Shown piece after piece: positions 19,468 through 29,792 of a stretch of 64,000 bases of DNA. The first letter of the stretch is position 1. The number at the start of each line of letters is the position of its first letter. The notes beneath the pieces were generated by a model. It did not search any database. It saw only the letters and a list, made by a program, of their open reading frames with translations, and was not told the origin of the DNA. The translations under genes were made by a program, and so were the position numbers. The stretch comes from Candidatus Hydrogenedentota bacterium. GTDB lineage: Bacteria > Hydrogenedentota > Hydrogenedentia > Hydrogenedentales > SLHB01. The stretch lies in contig CAXXYE010000009.1 of the NCBI GenBank assembly GCA_963674865.2, forward strand, positions 1,504,001-1,568,000, read 5' to 3'.

Positions 19468-21534
19468 ATGATATCGCAAAAATCTGACAAGCTCGTTGGT
19501 GTTGCTGCGGGAATACTGTGCGCGCTTTGTGTCATGGCGATGGCGGCTGGCGCACAGGACGGCGATCCTGTTGCCGCATTGATCTCGAAAGCCGGCAACG
19601 CTGATGATGATCAAGCCCGCTTGGCCTATCTCGAAGAACTGCGCGATCTGCCGGGCCTGGATGAGCAAATCCGTTCCGACGCCGAGCGGATGATCGCCGC
19701 GGTAGAGCGGTGGATGCACGAACCTAAGCTTACCTATTTTGGGCGCGAAGTTCTTGAAACCGATCAATACGATTTCGGCATCGCCGAGGAATCTCCGCTG
19801 TTCCCACTCACCATCATTTACCGTGCCCGGATGATGGTGTGGGTAACGATGGAGTACGGCGGCTACTGGAACGATGCTGCGATACGCCGCGAGCGTTTGG
19901 ACATCGTGCGCGCCGTGTTCGAGCAGGCTCGGGACGCGTTCCCCGAGAACCGGCTGATCCGCATGTACCTCGGCGAACCGATTCCGGCGCGGAAGCAATA
20001 CGCTTCGGTGGACGGGGCGCCGGATTGGGCGGTGTACCAGCGGGAGGGCCTCGAACGGCTCGCGGACATCATCGAATGGTGGATTGAGCACCGCATGCAG
20101 CCGAGCGGCGAGTACGGCGGCGGATGGGGCGACGACTGCGAGATGTGGCGCTGGTGGGTGCCCGTGCTAATCGCCTTCGACGAGCCGAAGATCTCCCAAG
20201 CGCAAGCCCGGTTTTCTACTGCGCTCATGGCGCAGGAGCACATGAAGCTCGGCTACACGACGCACGTGTATGACGTCGAGCACACGGCCGAGGATTCGGC
20301 CGACGCCCTGACGCCGATGATGCACATCGAGCCGGACAGCGAAGTCTGGCGCGGACGCGCCTTGCGCCTGGCCGATCTCATGGAGGGCCTGTGGACGGGC
20401 ACGAACGAACGGGGATTCCTTCAGTTCAAGAGCACCTACTTCAGCGTGGACACGGTTGATCCCGATGCGCGGAAGGCGTGTGACACCGTCTACCACCCGC
20501 GGGCGGTGCAGCCGGCGCTGCTGTACTGGCAGCGCACCGGTGACGCCCGGCTCTCGAAGCTTTTCACCGCGTGGATGGACACGTGGGTCGATGCGACGGC
20601 CCGCGCGGAACGCGGCAAACCAGCCGGGATTATCCCAAGCGCCATTCACTGGCCGGACGGCAACGTAGGCGGACTCGGGGACAACTGGTGGGATCCTGAG
20701 AATCACACGAAGGATCCTTTGTACGTCTGGCCGAGCGCCATGAGCCAGATGACTCAGACGCTTCTTCTCACGTACTACATGACGGGCGACGAGAAGTACC
20801 TCGAGCCGATTCGCTCCATGGCGCGCATCCGCCTCAACTACCTGGAGAATCCGCCCGACGAGCCGCCCGCCCCCGGCTCTGAGGCGTGGTGCGCGGCGCA
20901 ACTAGGCCGGCTCTCGGAAGTGGCCGCCAAGTGCGCCCTCCTAACCGGCACTCACGAGTTCGACGAACTGCTGGCGCGGGATGCCAACGCCTACATGGTG
21001 TTCCGGCGCGGGAGCGGCCGGGATAGGCTCACCGACGAGTTGAAGGCTAACGCCGAGTGCCTTAGGGGCAATTTCGAGGGATACACGAGCGAGGTCCGCT
21101 ACACGGATAGAGTCTTGCGTCTGCCTGCGCTATTCGGAGACAACGGCATGTTTCCGAAGGCGGTGTCTCCCCTTGGCCTCCCCAATCCGACATTGCTGTA
21201 TTCGGCGGCGACGGGCGATCCGGGCAACTTGGGATACTTCGCTATGAACGCCGTCCGGTGGCTTACGCCGCCACGCGATATCGCCGCCTTGGTTACGGAC
21301 TCGGGCGAAGACCGCCTCTGCGCCGAACTCTTCCATTTCGGTGAGGAGCCGCGCCCGATGGCGGCGGAGCTGTGCCTCCTGAAGCCGGGCGAATATACGT
21401 TCACCCTTACGCCGGCAGGCGCCGAGGCGCCCGTGGAACGCCGCCCCATGACCGTCTCGGGCCCGCGCGCGCGGCTTACCTTTGCTTTGCCGCCGCGCGT
21501 ACTGTGTTTCGTCGAGATCCGCCGCGAGGACTAG
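19468..21534 (+). CDS. Secreted hypothetical protein, possibly an alpha/alpha-barrel carbohydrate-active enzyme
   Basis: Signal peptide; long Trp/Asp-rich ORF containing GEYGGGWGDDCEMWRWW. Confidence 0.6.
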   Translation: MISQKSDKLVGVAAGILCALCVMAMAAGAQDGDPVAALISKAGNADDDQARLAYLEELRDLPGLDEQIRSDAERMIAAVERWMHEPKLTYFGREVLETDQYDFGIAEESPLFPLTIIYRARMMVWVTMEYGGYWNDAAIRRERLDIVRAVFEQARDAFPENRLIRMYLGEPIPARKQYASVDGAPDWAVYQREGLERLADIIEWWIEHRMQPSGEYGGGWGDDCEMWRWWVPVLIAFDEPKISQAQARFSTALMAQEHMKLGYTTHVYDVEHTAEDSADALTPMMHIEPDSEVWRGRALRLADLMEGLWTGTNERGFLQFKSTYFSVDTVDPDARKACDTVYHPRAVQPALLYWQRTGDARLSKLFTAWMDTWVDATARAERGKPAGIIPSAIHWPDGNVGGLGDNWWDPENHTKDPLYVWPSAMSQMTQTLLLTYYMTGDEKYLEPIRSMARIRLNYLENPPDEPPAPGSEAWCAAQLGRLSEVAAKCALLTGTHEFDELLARDANAYMVFRRGSGRDRLTDELKANAECLRGNFEGYTSEVRYTDRVLRLPALFGDNGMFPKAVSPLGLPNPTLLYSAATGDPGNLGYFAMNAVRWLTPPRDIAALVTDSGEDRLCAELFHFGEEPRPMAAELCLLKPGEYTFTLTPAGAEAPVERRPMTVSGPRARLTFALPPRVLCFVEIRRED

Positions 21535-21725
21535 CAGTCCATCGCCGGAAGGACAGCGGGTGTTTCCGCAGGTGTTTTACGCCCTTTTTACATTCCTTTT
21601 GCCCTAATCTGACCACCTCTCGGGGCCTTTTCGCTAAGGTTGAGGCGTGATTTGACGCCGCTACACGGTGAACGTGCCACGCTGCCCGGCGAGAAGTGTC
21701 GGGAGATGTGGCAGAGGAGGCAGTT

Positions 21726-23072
21726 ATGTTAAGGAATACAAACGCAATATCGATTCGACATGCCCTTGTGAGCGTCAGTCTGGCGCTGGCTCTTGTGGGC
21801 GTGGCCTTACCGGCGATGGCCGCGCAGGTCAAACTCGATGTGGCGATGGGTTCGTCATTGGCCCTCGCCAACGAGAAGCAGACGGCCTACCTGCGCGTCG
21901 GGATGACGGGGCCGGAGATGGAAGAGGCCGCGCGGCCGCCGGTAAACGTGGCCATCGTCTTGGACAAGTCCGGCTCCATGACTGGCCAGAAGATTGCGAA
22001 GGCGAAAGAGGGGGCCATCGCCGCGATCCAGCGGCTGCGCGCGGAGGATATCGTATCCGTTGTTGTATACGATTCGACGGTGCGGGTGGTGGTTCCGGCG
22101 ACGAAAGTCTCGGATCGCGAGGCTATCTACGCGGCCATCAGGCAGATCGAGGCCGGAGGTAACACGGCGCTGTTCGCGGGAGTGAGCAAAGGGGCTCAGG
22201 AAATCAGGAAATTCCTCGATCCGGGGCGCGTGAACCGTATTGTGCTTCTTTCGGACGGACTGGCGAACGTAGGGCCAAGCTCGCCGGGCGCGTTGGGCGA
22301 TCTCGGGACTTCCCTCGTCCGCGAGGGCATATCCGTTACTACCATCGGCCTTGGCCTGGACTACAACGAGGACCTCATGGCCTCCCTCGCCAAGGAGAGC
22401 GACGGCAATCACCTGTTCGCCGAGAACGCCGACGACCTCGGGGGCGTTTTCGCCAGCGAGTTCGGGGACGTCCTGTCGGTGGCTGCAAAGAACGTCGGCG
22501 TCACTATCCATTGCGCGGAAGGCGTGCGCCCGGTGAGGGCTTTGGGACGCAGCGCGGATATCGTCGAGCGGACGGTTACGGCCAACCTTAATCAGCTTTA
22601 TAGCGGCCAGACGAAATACGTCCTTGTCGAGGTCGAACTGCCGCCGGGCGAGGTCGGCGGTAGGCGGCCGGTGGCCTCGGTGGATGTCAGCTACGCCAAC
22701 ATGGACACGAAGGAGAGGGGCCGTCTGCGCGAGGCTGTCTCGATTGCCTATACGGACTCGCCGGATCTGGTTGAGAAGCGCGCCGACGCGAACGTGATGG
22801 CCGACGTGATTCATCAGATCGGCGTCGAGCAGAACATACTCGCTATGCGACTCCGTGACGAGGGCAAGATGGCAGACGCGAGGAAGATCCTAGCGACAAA
22901 TAGTGTGTTCCTATATGAGAACGCCGACAAGTACGACAGCCAGGCGTTGCGTGATTACGGTGTGTCAAACGGCTGGGCCGCCGACAATCTCGACGAAGGG
23001 AGTTGGCAAAAGCAGCGCAAGGCAATGCGCGAAGAGCAGTACCAAATCAGGCAGCAGCAAGTAGCTAACTAG
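21726..23072 (+). CDS. Secreted VWA domain protein (YfbK-like)
   Basis: Signal peptide; MIDAS DKSGS, GNTAL, LLSDGLANVG and TIGLG motifs. Confidence 0.88.
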   Translation: MLRNTNAISIRHALVSVSLALALVGVALPAMAAQVKLDVAMGSSLALANEKQTAYLRVGMTGPEMEEAARPPVNVAIVLDKSGSMTGQKIAKAKEGAIAAIQRLRAEDIVSVVVYDSTVRVVVPATKVSDREAIYAAIRQIEAGGNTALFAGVSKGAQEIRKFLDPGRVNRIVLLSDGLANVGPSSPGALGDLGTSLVREGISVTTIGLGLDYNEDLMASLAKESDGNHLFAENADDLGGVFASEFGDVLSVAAKNVGVTIHCAEGVRPVRALGRSADIVERTVTANLNQLYSGQTKYVLVEVELPPGEVGGRRPVASVDVSYANMDTKERGRLREAVSIAYTDSPDLVEKRADANVMADVIHQIGVEQNILAMRLRDEGKMADARKILATNSVFLYENADKYDSQALRDYGVSNGWAADNLDEGSWQKQRKAMREEQYQIRQQQVAN

Positions 23073-23123
23073 CGGCGGGGGAACGCCGTCGGAATGGATG
23101 GGAACACAGGGAGGAAGGATCCA

Positions 23124-23855
23124 ATGAAACGTGAGTTGCGCATCCTCGTAATGCTCATGGCTTTCTTGGTGGCGTCGTTATGGGCCGAGGCGGGGGAGAA
23201 GCCGCCGCGAACCGTCTCCGTCACGGGCACGGCGGCGACGCGGGTGGCGCCCGATCAGGTGGCATGGCGTGTCACCGTGACGGAGTCGGACAAGGTGCTT
23301 GTCGATGCCAAGAACCGTAGCGACGCTAACGTGAAACGCGTGCTCGAGCTTGTCAAAGAACTCGATGTGCCGTCCGAGGAGGTACAGAGCGGCCATCTGA
23401 GCATTCGGCGCGAATATGAGCACGATGAGCGCGGCAATCGCGGCGAGTTTAAGCATTTCGTCGTGTACCGCAGCGTCAGTTTCAAACAGCGCGACCTTGG
23501 CCGTCTCGACGAGTTTCTCACCAAGCTTGTCGGCGCGGCCGACGTCGAGGTGAGCTTCAGTTTCGAGTCATCGCGCCGCCACGAGCTCAGAGCGGACACC
23601 CGTCTCAAGGCCGTCAAGATCGCCCGTGACAAGGCGGCGGCGATGTGCGAGGCCGCGGGGGCGGAGGTAGGCCGCGTGCTCACTCTGGACGAGCACCCCC
23701 CGGGAGGACGGCGGGATACGTGGAATCCCATGAGTAACAACGCGTGGTTTGTGCCCGACGGGGGGCAAGTCGAGGCCGATATTGCGTCCGGCACCTTCGC
23801 GCCGGGCGCCATCGAGATCGCGGTAACCGTATACGCCACGTTCGAGATCGAGTAG
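23124..23855 (+). CDS. SIMPL / DUF541 family protein
   Basis: RTVSVTG...VAPD, A..KAAAM..AAG and PG.IEI..TVYATFEI motifs; signal peptide. Confidence 0.85.
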   Translation: MKRELRILVMLMAFLVASLWAEAGEKPPRTVSVTGTAATRVAPDQVAWRVTVTESDKVLVDAKNRSDANVKRVLELVKELDVPSEEVQSGHLSIRREYEHDERGNRGEFKHFVVYRSVSFKQRDLGRLDEFLTKLVGAADVEVSFSFESSRRHELRADTRLKAVKIARDKAAAMCEAAGAEVGRVLTLDEHPPGGRRDTWNPMSNNAWFVPDGGQVEADIASGTFAPGAIEIAVTVYATFEIE

Positions 23856-23894
23856 AGCCTGGCGCCATCGACTGAATTGGGAGGCGAGACGACC

Positions 23895-25592
23895 ATGCGC
23901 ACCATTTCCTGTAGACATGCGGTGTTTCTGGCCATTGTGGGCGTTCTGCTCCTCCATATGGGCACGGCCTGCGCCGAAGAGCGGGCCGCGAAGGATGCGG
24001 AGTCACGGATTGAGCGGGTGGCTCTCTTCAAGAACGGCCTCGGATTCTTCACATCGGGCGTCACGCTCCCCAAAGATGCGGCAGCGGTTCGGCTCGGCCA
24101 GCTTCCCGTGCCGTCGTTTGGCACGTTCTGGGTGGGCTATGGGAAGAATGTGAGCGTGCGGGGCCTGGTGGCGTCGATGGAAGAGGTGGATGAGCAAGTG
24201 GCTGTGCAGAGCATTAGCCAACTCCTGGAGGCGAATGCGGGCCGCAAGGTGAAGATCCGCGTTGGGCCGGGGGAGGACGACATCCTGGAGGGCATCGTGG
24301 TGAGCACGGACGCGGAGACGGCGGGCCCGGAGACGCCAAGCCCGTACTTCATGGAGGCCCGCCGGACACCGGAACGGAGTCACGTGCCCGGGGGCGCATC
24401 ATCAAACCTCCTCCTCATCAGGACTGATGCTGGTATCGTCGCGCTCCATGCGGGTTCTGCCACGCGCGTGGACTTCGAAGGGGATGATGTCGTCTACACG
24501 GTGACGGCGGAGCAGAAGCGGCCGAGCATCAGGTTGGAGTTGGAGCGTCCCGCGGGCGGCGCCGACTTGTCGATCACCTACCTGGCGCGCGGCATCTCAT
24601 GGGCGCCGAGCTACCTCCTTGACTTGTCCGATCCCGAGCGCGCACGGTTCAGCGCACGCGCGCTTATCATCAACGAAGTTGCGGACCTCGACGGGGTGCA
24701 ACTTGAACTGGTTACGGGCTTCCCGAATATCAAATTCGCCGATGTGGTTAGTCCCATCGCAATGAGCCAGGGCCTTTCCGACTTCCTCAAAGCCTTGGCC
24801 GGCGGGCGTTCCGAGGCGGGCTCTCAACGCTACATGATGGCCCAGCAGATGGTTCTGTTGAACGAACCGGTGTTCGATGCGTTTGAGGCGGCGCCCGTGC
24901 CGAGTTATTCGACCGCGGCGGCGGGGGCCGTCGCCGAAGATCTTTTTCTCTATCCGGTGAAAGACTTCACGCTGAAAAAGGGCGAAACGGCCTGGATTCC
25001 GCTGTTTACGGCGGAGATGCCGTACAAACATATTTACACTTGGCGCATAGGCGACTGCCTTGATGAAGATGATCGCTATCGACAGGGCCGGCGGCGAGAG
25101 GATGGCGAGGTCGCGGAAGAAGTGTGGCATTCATGCCGTCTCGTCAACCAGCTCGAAATGCCGCTCACCACTGCGGCGGCGGAGTTCATCAAGGAGGGCG
25201 CTTTCACCGGCCAAGATGTCTGCTACTACACGGCCCCCGGCGCGACGACGACCATTCGGATTAACCGGGCGATGAACGTGCTGGCGGAGCAGGGAGAGGT
25301 CGAGCTCGAACGCAGCCGGAACGTCAAACGTCTTCACGGATATGAGTACGACCTTGTCAAAGTCCGCGGCGAGCTGACGCTTCGCAGCAGGCTGGACAAG
25401 GCCGTGAACGTCGAAGTGTCGAAAGAATTGTCGGGCGAAGTCCTCGAAACGGAGTCCCCGGCGAAGGATGTGCAGACGGCCGAGGGGCTTAGGCAGGTGA
25501 ATCCCCGGCATGTATTAACCTGGGATATCGCTCTGAAATCCGGCGAGGAGCGGACGCTCACATACGTATACCAAGTTTATGTGCGAAGCTGA
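23895..25592 (+). CDS. DUF4139/DUF4140 family secreted protein
   Basis: IERVALFKNG, YLARGISWAPSYLLDL and C-terminal LTWDIALKSGEERTLTYVY motifs. Confidence 0.8.
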   Translation: MRTISCRHAVFLAIVGVLLLHMGTACAEERAAKDAESRIERVALFKNGLGFFTSGVTLPKDAAAVRLGQLPVPSFGTFWVGYGKNVSVRGLVASMEEVDEQVAVQSISQLLEANAGRKVKIRVGPGEDDILEGIVVSTDAETAGPETPSPYFMEARRTPERSHVPGGASSNLLLIRTDAGIVALHAGSATRVDFEGDDVVYTVTAEQKRPSIRLELERPAGGADLSITYLARGISWAPSYLLDLSDPERARFSARALIINEVADLDGVQLELVTGFPNIKFADVVSPIAMSQGLSDFLKALAGGRSEAGSQRYMMAQQMVLLNEPVFDAFEAAPVPSYSTAAAGAVAEDLFLYPVKDFTLKKGETAWIPLFTAEMPYKHIYTWRIGDCLDEDDRYRQGRRREDGEVAEEVWHSCRLVNQLEMPLTTAAAEFIKEGAFTGQDVCYYTAPGATTTIRINRAMNVLAEQGEVELERSRNVKRLHGYEYDLVKVRGELTLRSRLDKAVNVEVSKELSGEVLETESPAKDVQTAEGLRQVNPRHVLTWDIALKSGEERTLTYVYQVYVRS

Positions 25593-25601
25593 CCTCCGGC
25601 T

Positions 25602-26123
25602 CTACAATAGCCGCTGGGACGCGTCGAATAGGGCGAGTAGTTCGCGGTGAGCCTCGAAAGCGAGTCGAGGACGTGTTTCTTCCGTGAAAAAGGCGAGTTC
25701 GAGCGCATCGGATGCCGCGACGGGCTCGCCTTCCCAGTCATCGACGGCGTAGCCGAGGACCACGACGCTGCCGGAGAGCTTGCTGGGCTGCGTATTGGTG
25801 CCGATTAACCGCGTTCCCTTGGCAACGAGGCCCGTTTCCTCGAGGAGTTCCCGCGCAGCGGCTTCTTCCGTAGTCTCCCCGAGCTCCACGAAACCGCCGG
25901 GGAAGGCCCATTCCCCGTAGCAAGGCTCGACGGCCCGTCGTGTGAATAGAAGCTCGGGGCCGCGACTCACGAAGCAGCACGCCGCGGGCACGGGATTGTC
26001 GTAGTAGAATCGGTGGCAACCTTGGCAATGTGGCCGAATGCCTTGGCCGTCGTCCTCAGGCGTCAATGTGCCGCCGCAGATGGGACAGAAGTTCCAGGCA
26101 AAGGCTCTTGGTGTATGCGTCAT
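25602..26123 (-). CDS. NUDIX hydrolase with an N-terminal zinc ribbon
   Basis: FCPICG..CQGC and the Nudix box GGFVELGETTEEAAARELLEETG. Confidence 0.92.
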   Translation of the reverse strand: MTHTPRAFAWNFCPICGGTLTPEDDGQGIRPHCQGCHRFYYDNPVPAACCFVSRGPELLFTRRAVEPCYGEWAFPGGFVELGETTEEAAARELLEETGLVAKGTRLIGTNTQPSKLSGSVVVLGYAVDDWEGEPVAASDALELAFFTEETRPRLAFEAHRELLALFDASQRLL

Positions 26124-26290
26124 AACGAGGCCGAACTGTATCAGGGGGTGTCGGGGAAGTCAATCGACCATTTGGCTCTTTGCGTTGGCCTGCGCGGCTC
26201 GATTGCGGCTCCCTCCGGCGAGCGGATACACTCGCGACGCGTCAAGCAAGAGACGCGAAGCGAGGGCACAGTGAAGCGGGAGGTCATGCC

Positions 26291-28048
26291 GTGGAGCAAG
26301 CATCCGCAGGTGTACTCACCATCTACATTACGGCCCAGAGCGTGGTATCGGCTCTGGCAACGGAGGAAGGCCGCGGCGAGGTCCTATCGCGACTTTCCTC
26401 GTCCGGCTTTGGCCGGGTGATACTCGAGTCGTATCGAGGCGGACTCGTTGTGGACGAGGATGTGCTTCGTGACGCCCGCGACTTCTTCAGGAGCTACGGC
26501 TTCGCAACGCTGGGCGGATTCATGCCCGTCTGGGGGGAGGGCTTCGGCAAGTGCGGCGAAGGGGTCGAACTGCGTGCGCCGTTCTTCTGTTACTCAGACG
26601 AGGCGACTGTCGTAGGGCTTGACGGGGAGATCCGCAAACTGGCGCGCCTGTTCGATCAAGTGGTGATCGACGATGCCTTTCTGACGGCCTGTCGGTGCGC
26701 ATCCTGCGATGTGGCCCGCGCCGGCCGGGATTGGGGCGTCTTCCGCTGCTCCTTGCTGGCGGATGTGGCGCGAGGGTGGGCCGCTGCCGCTCACGCGGAG
26801 AATCCCGAAGTTCGGCTCACGGTGAAATTCCCGCAGTACTACGACCACTACCATCGCTTCGGCTACGATGCGGCGTCATTCCCCATCATCTTCGACGCTG
26901 TCTGGGCCGGCACGGAGACGCGCGACCCGGCCACGCTGGACTATGGCTATGTCGAGCCTTATGAAAGTTATGTGAACACGCAGTGGATGCGGGCGTGCGC
27001 CGGGAAGCGTTTCGAGGGCGCCTGGTTCGACTTCATTGACTGCGATGCGCGGCTATTCTACGAGCAAGGGATCACGACCTTCCTCGGTGCACCGGACGAG
27101 ATCACCATCTTTTGCTACGGAGAAGGCGTGTTCGACGGCGGCAAGATGGCGCGCCTGGCCGACGGGCTGCCCGGACTACAGCGGCTGCGTGCGGGAGCTC
27201 ACGAGCCGCGCGGCGTACATGTGGTGAAACCACCGAACAGCGCCGCCGGCCGCGATATGTTCATTTTCGACTACCTGGGCATGTTGGGCATCCCATGCGT
27301 TTTCGCGACGGAGCTCAACGCGGCTATGCAAAGCGTGATCGTCACGTCCCATGCTATGGCTGATCCCGATACGCCGCGATACATCGGCAAGATCCTCGCT
27401 TCCGGCGGGCAAGTGATAGTCACATTCGATGCATTAGCGCGCATGGCCGATACGCCGGAATTGCTCGAATGGTTCGGCTTCACCGCCGCAGGCATCTCAC
27501 CGCACGGCGCCGCCGCCGCAAGATTCGGCATTGGAGAAGACATGCATGAGGCACCTTCCCTTGTCCAACTGGCCGGCGACTTGGCGCCGGCGGATGCCGA
27601 GGTGCTTGTTTGGGCGCAGGTGCAGGGCTGTGAACGGGGAGGTATCCAAGTGCCTTTTATCACGGCCAAAGCTCATTCGGGCGGCGGGCGAGCTGTCGTG
27701 TGGAACGTCGGCACCTTCAGCGAGGATGCTTTTGTACTGAATGAAGCCCTCAACGTGCCCGTGCGCACCACGCTGTTCAACCTGCCTCAGGCCGTTCTCG
27801 ACCTCCTGCGTGCCACGGCCACTGAGCCCCTGGGCTTGAGGATCCACGCGCCCGCCCGCGTCGCGTGCTTTCTTTTCGCGAGACAGTTCGTCGCCGTCAA
27901 CTATACGGACGCGCCAGCTCACCTGAGGATCGCCGGCCTCGTACTTGAGCGCGATTCGCTATTCGCTGATGCGCCGGATACGTGCTGGGAAGAAGACGCG
28001 TTGGTTGTGTCCGGGCACGGCTACGCACAGGTTGAGCTTGGGCAATAG
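26291..28048 (+). CDS. Hypothetical glycoside-hydrolase-like protein
   Basis: Long ORF with IDD..CxCxxC, KFPQYYDH and GTETRDP. Start placed at the GTG after GGAGG. Confidence 0.55.
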   Translation: MEQASAGVLTIYITAQSVVSALATEEGRGEVLSRLSSSGFGRVILESYRGGLVVDEDVLRDARDFFRSYGFATLGGFMPVWGEGFGKCGEGVELRAPFFCYSDEATVVGLDGEIRKLARLFDQVVIDDAFLTACRCASCDVARAGRDWGVFRCSLLADVARGWAAAAHAENPEVRLTVKFPQYYDHYHRFGYDAASFPIIFDAVWAGTETRDPATLDYGYVEPYESYVNTQWMRACAGKRFEGAWFDFIDCDARLFYEQGITTFLGAPDEITIFCYGEGVFDGGKMARLADGLPGLQRLRAGAHEPRGVHVVKPPNSAAGRDMFIFDYLGMLGIPCVFATELNAAMQSVIVTSHAMADPDTPRYIGKILASGGQVIVTFDALARMADTPELLEWFGFTAAGISPHGAAAARFGIGEDMHEAPSLVQLAGDLAPADAEVLVWAQVQGCERGGIQVPFITAKAHSGGGRAVVWNVGTFSEDAFVLNEALNVPVRTTLFNLPQAVLDLLRATATEPLGLRIHAPARVACFLFARQFVAVNYTDAPAHLRIAGLVLERDSLFADAPDTCWEEDALVVSGHGYAQVELGQ

Positions 28049-28090
28049 GCGGCCACCATCGCAGATGTGGGGGCAAGGCTGAGACGACTG

Positions 28091-29293
28091 TCAAGCGGAC
28101 GCGGGGAGAATGAGTCTTGGTAGGTCGTTATGCAGGATGAAGAAATAGAGCCAGAGGATTGCCCAGCCGAGCGCCACGGGCAGGCGCAGGCGCGTTCTGG
28201 CGCCGAGGAGTATCACCATTCCTAGCATGTAGAATTCGGTAAGGATGCGCACGAAATTCCAGTCATCGCACCACAGGCGCTCGTAGCCGAACATGAGGAC
28301 GAGAACCACGTATGGAATCCACGCAAGTTTCTCGGAGGGTGAGGCCGTGGACGAACGAAGTGCGGATGCGGACAATATGGCCAGCAGGCCTATGAGCGCT
28401 AGTTCGGCAAGATTGACGACGTCGTGCCGGCCTGCCGGCGGTATGATGGCCTGGAGGAACTTGGCCACACCCACCAGGGGCATTTCCAGCGATCCCGAGT
28501 TGGCCTCAAGGGGAGAGATGCCCCAGACTTGCCGTAGGATCAGTTGCCACACAATATACACGCACAAGGGCAGTGCCGCCAGGGCCAGAGTAGGAGCGGA
28601 GACGCGTCGCGACTGCCACCAGCCGTGAAGAGTCGTGAGCATCAGGGCGCCGGCCACCAATAGGGTCGTTTCCCGCGTCAGGATGGCCAGTGACAGCAGA
28701 ACGGCGGTGGCCGCGTACTTCCCGCGTCGGGCGGCCAAGAGTCCTCCCAGCACGAAGGACGCGGAGACAATCTCAGTGCAATCGCGTGCGAGGCTGAGAA
28801 CAAATCCTGGAAAGAGCGGAAACACCAGTCCCCACAAGGCATGCCGGCCGAAGGCACGCGCGTACTTACCGCCCAGATACGCCACGAGGCAGATCCCGAA
28901 GTAGTTTATGGCGATCAAGACGGCCGGCAGCATTCCGGCTCGCCCGCCGAGGGATAGTGCCCACGCCAGGAAGGGGAAGATGAAGCGCTGGTGGCGGTGG
29001 GCCGGCGCGTCGAGCAGGATGCCGTGCGCGCGCCGCTCCCCGGTGAAGGGATCGAGGGCCAGCCGGAAGTAGAATTGGCCGTCAAATCCCTGGGAATTCG
29101 GCAGGATCGTTAGGCATTGAGGTGTCTCGGCTGCGTCGCAGAAGGCATCGCCCGCCATGACGAAGGCCGACGGATCGAAACCGTGGGCCGCGAGCCGCGC
29201 GAGAATGAACACGGCATAGACGACGGCGGCCACGGTAAGACACGCGCCGGGGCGATCCAGACGCCGTACCCATTGATTCAGATATGTCGGCAC
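28091..29293 (-). CDS. Polytopic membrane protein, GT-C-like (AZOBR_p60025-like cell-surface glycopolymer family)
   Basis: GFDGQFYFRLALDP...RHQR..FP.LAW, RDCTE and LTRETT motifs; many TM helices. Start uncertain. Confidence 0.65.
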   Translation of the reverse strand: MPTYLNQWVRRLDRPGACLTVAAVVYAVFILARLAAHGFDPSAFVMAGDAFCDAAETPQCLTILPNSQGFDGQFYFRLALDPFTGERRAHGILLDAPAHRHQRFIFPFLAWALSLGGRAGMLPAVLIAINYFGICLVAYLGGKYARAFGRHALWGLVFPLFPGFVLSLARDCTEIVSASFVLGGLLAARRGKYAATAVLLSLAILTRETTLLVAGALMLTTLHGWWQSRRVSAPTLALAALPLCVYIVWQLILRQVWGISPLEANSGSLEMPLVGVAKFLQAIIPPAGRHDVVNLAELALIGLLAILSASALRSSTASPSEKLAWIPYVVLVLMFGYERLWCDDWNFVRILTEFYMLGMVILLGARTRLRLPVALGWAILWLYFFILHNDLPRLILPASA

Positions 29294-29364
29294 GCGTCTG
29301 CTCTTCCTCGTTTCTCGTCTTCCTGACGGCCTTAGCCATAGGACGGCTGGACGTTGACGGTGAT

Positions 29365-29571
29365 TCAGGTAAGATCCCAGGCTTTGGCGAACGCGCGAAA
29401 AGAGCGATCGTATGTCTTCTCCACGGATGGTGGAAAACAGCAACCGGGCAACTGCTTGTTTGCCAGGTGCGAGTGAAGGCAATCACAGCAGACGGCGTGG
29501 TTTGAGCACCCCTGGTAGGTGCAGGTGCAGCGATCCATATTCTTGTTCGTGTTGAGGCAGTCGGCGGCCAT
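29365..29571 (-). CDS. Small cysteine-rich protein (DUF6485-like)
   Basis: CTCTY..C...CCDC..H....QLPGCCF...EKTYDRS; AGGAG RBS upstream. Confidence 0.75.
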   Translation of the reverse strand: MAADCLNTNKNMDRCTCTYQGCSNHAVCCDCLHSHLANKQLPGCCFPPSVEKTYDRSFRAFAKAWDLT

Positions 29572-29792
29572 GCAGGACACTCCTACGTTCTCCTTGGAAA
29601 TCCGGGGAATTGTCGAGGAATCTTAGCAGAGGCCGGGGAGTGGCGCAAAGGGCCTGCCTACACTGCAGGAGCCGCTGGCGGCCTGAGCCGCGGGTTTTTA
29701 TGAGGCGGTGCGATGGCCTATAGTAGGTACTTCTCTGCGTGCTGCAACCGATGCGAGCGCCGGCGGGTGTGTCCGCCAAAGAAAGGATAGAT

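Noticed and set aside
28091..29482. Apparent overlap of the 463-aa membrane ORF with the small Cys-rich gene
   Set aside because: An upstream in-frame extension. A later start (~29293) removes the overlap.
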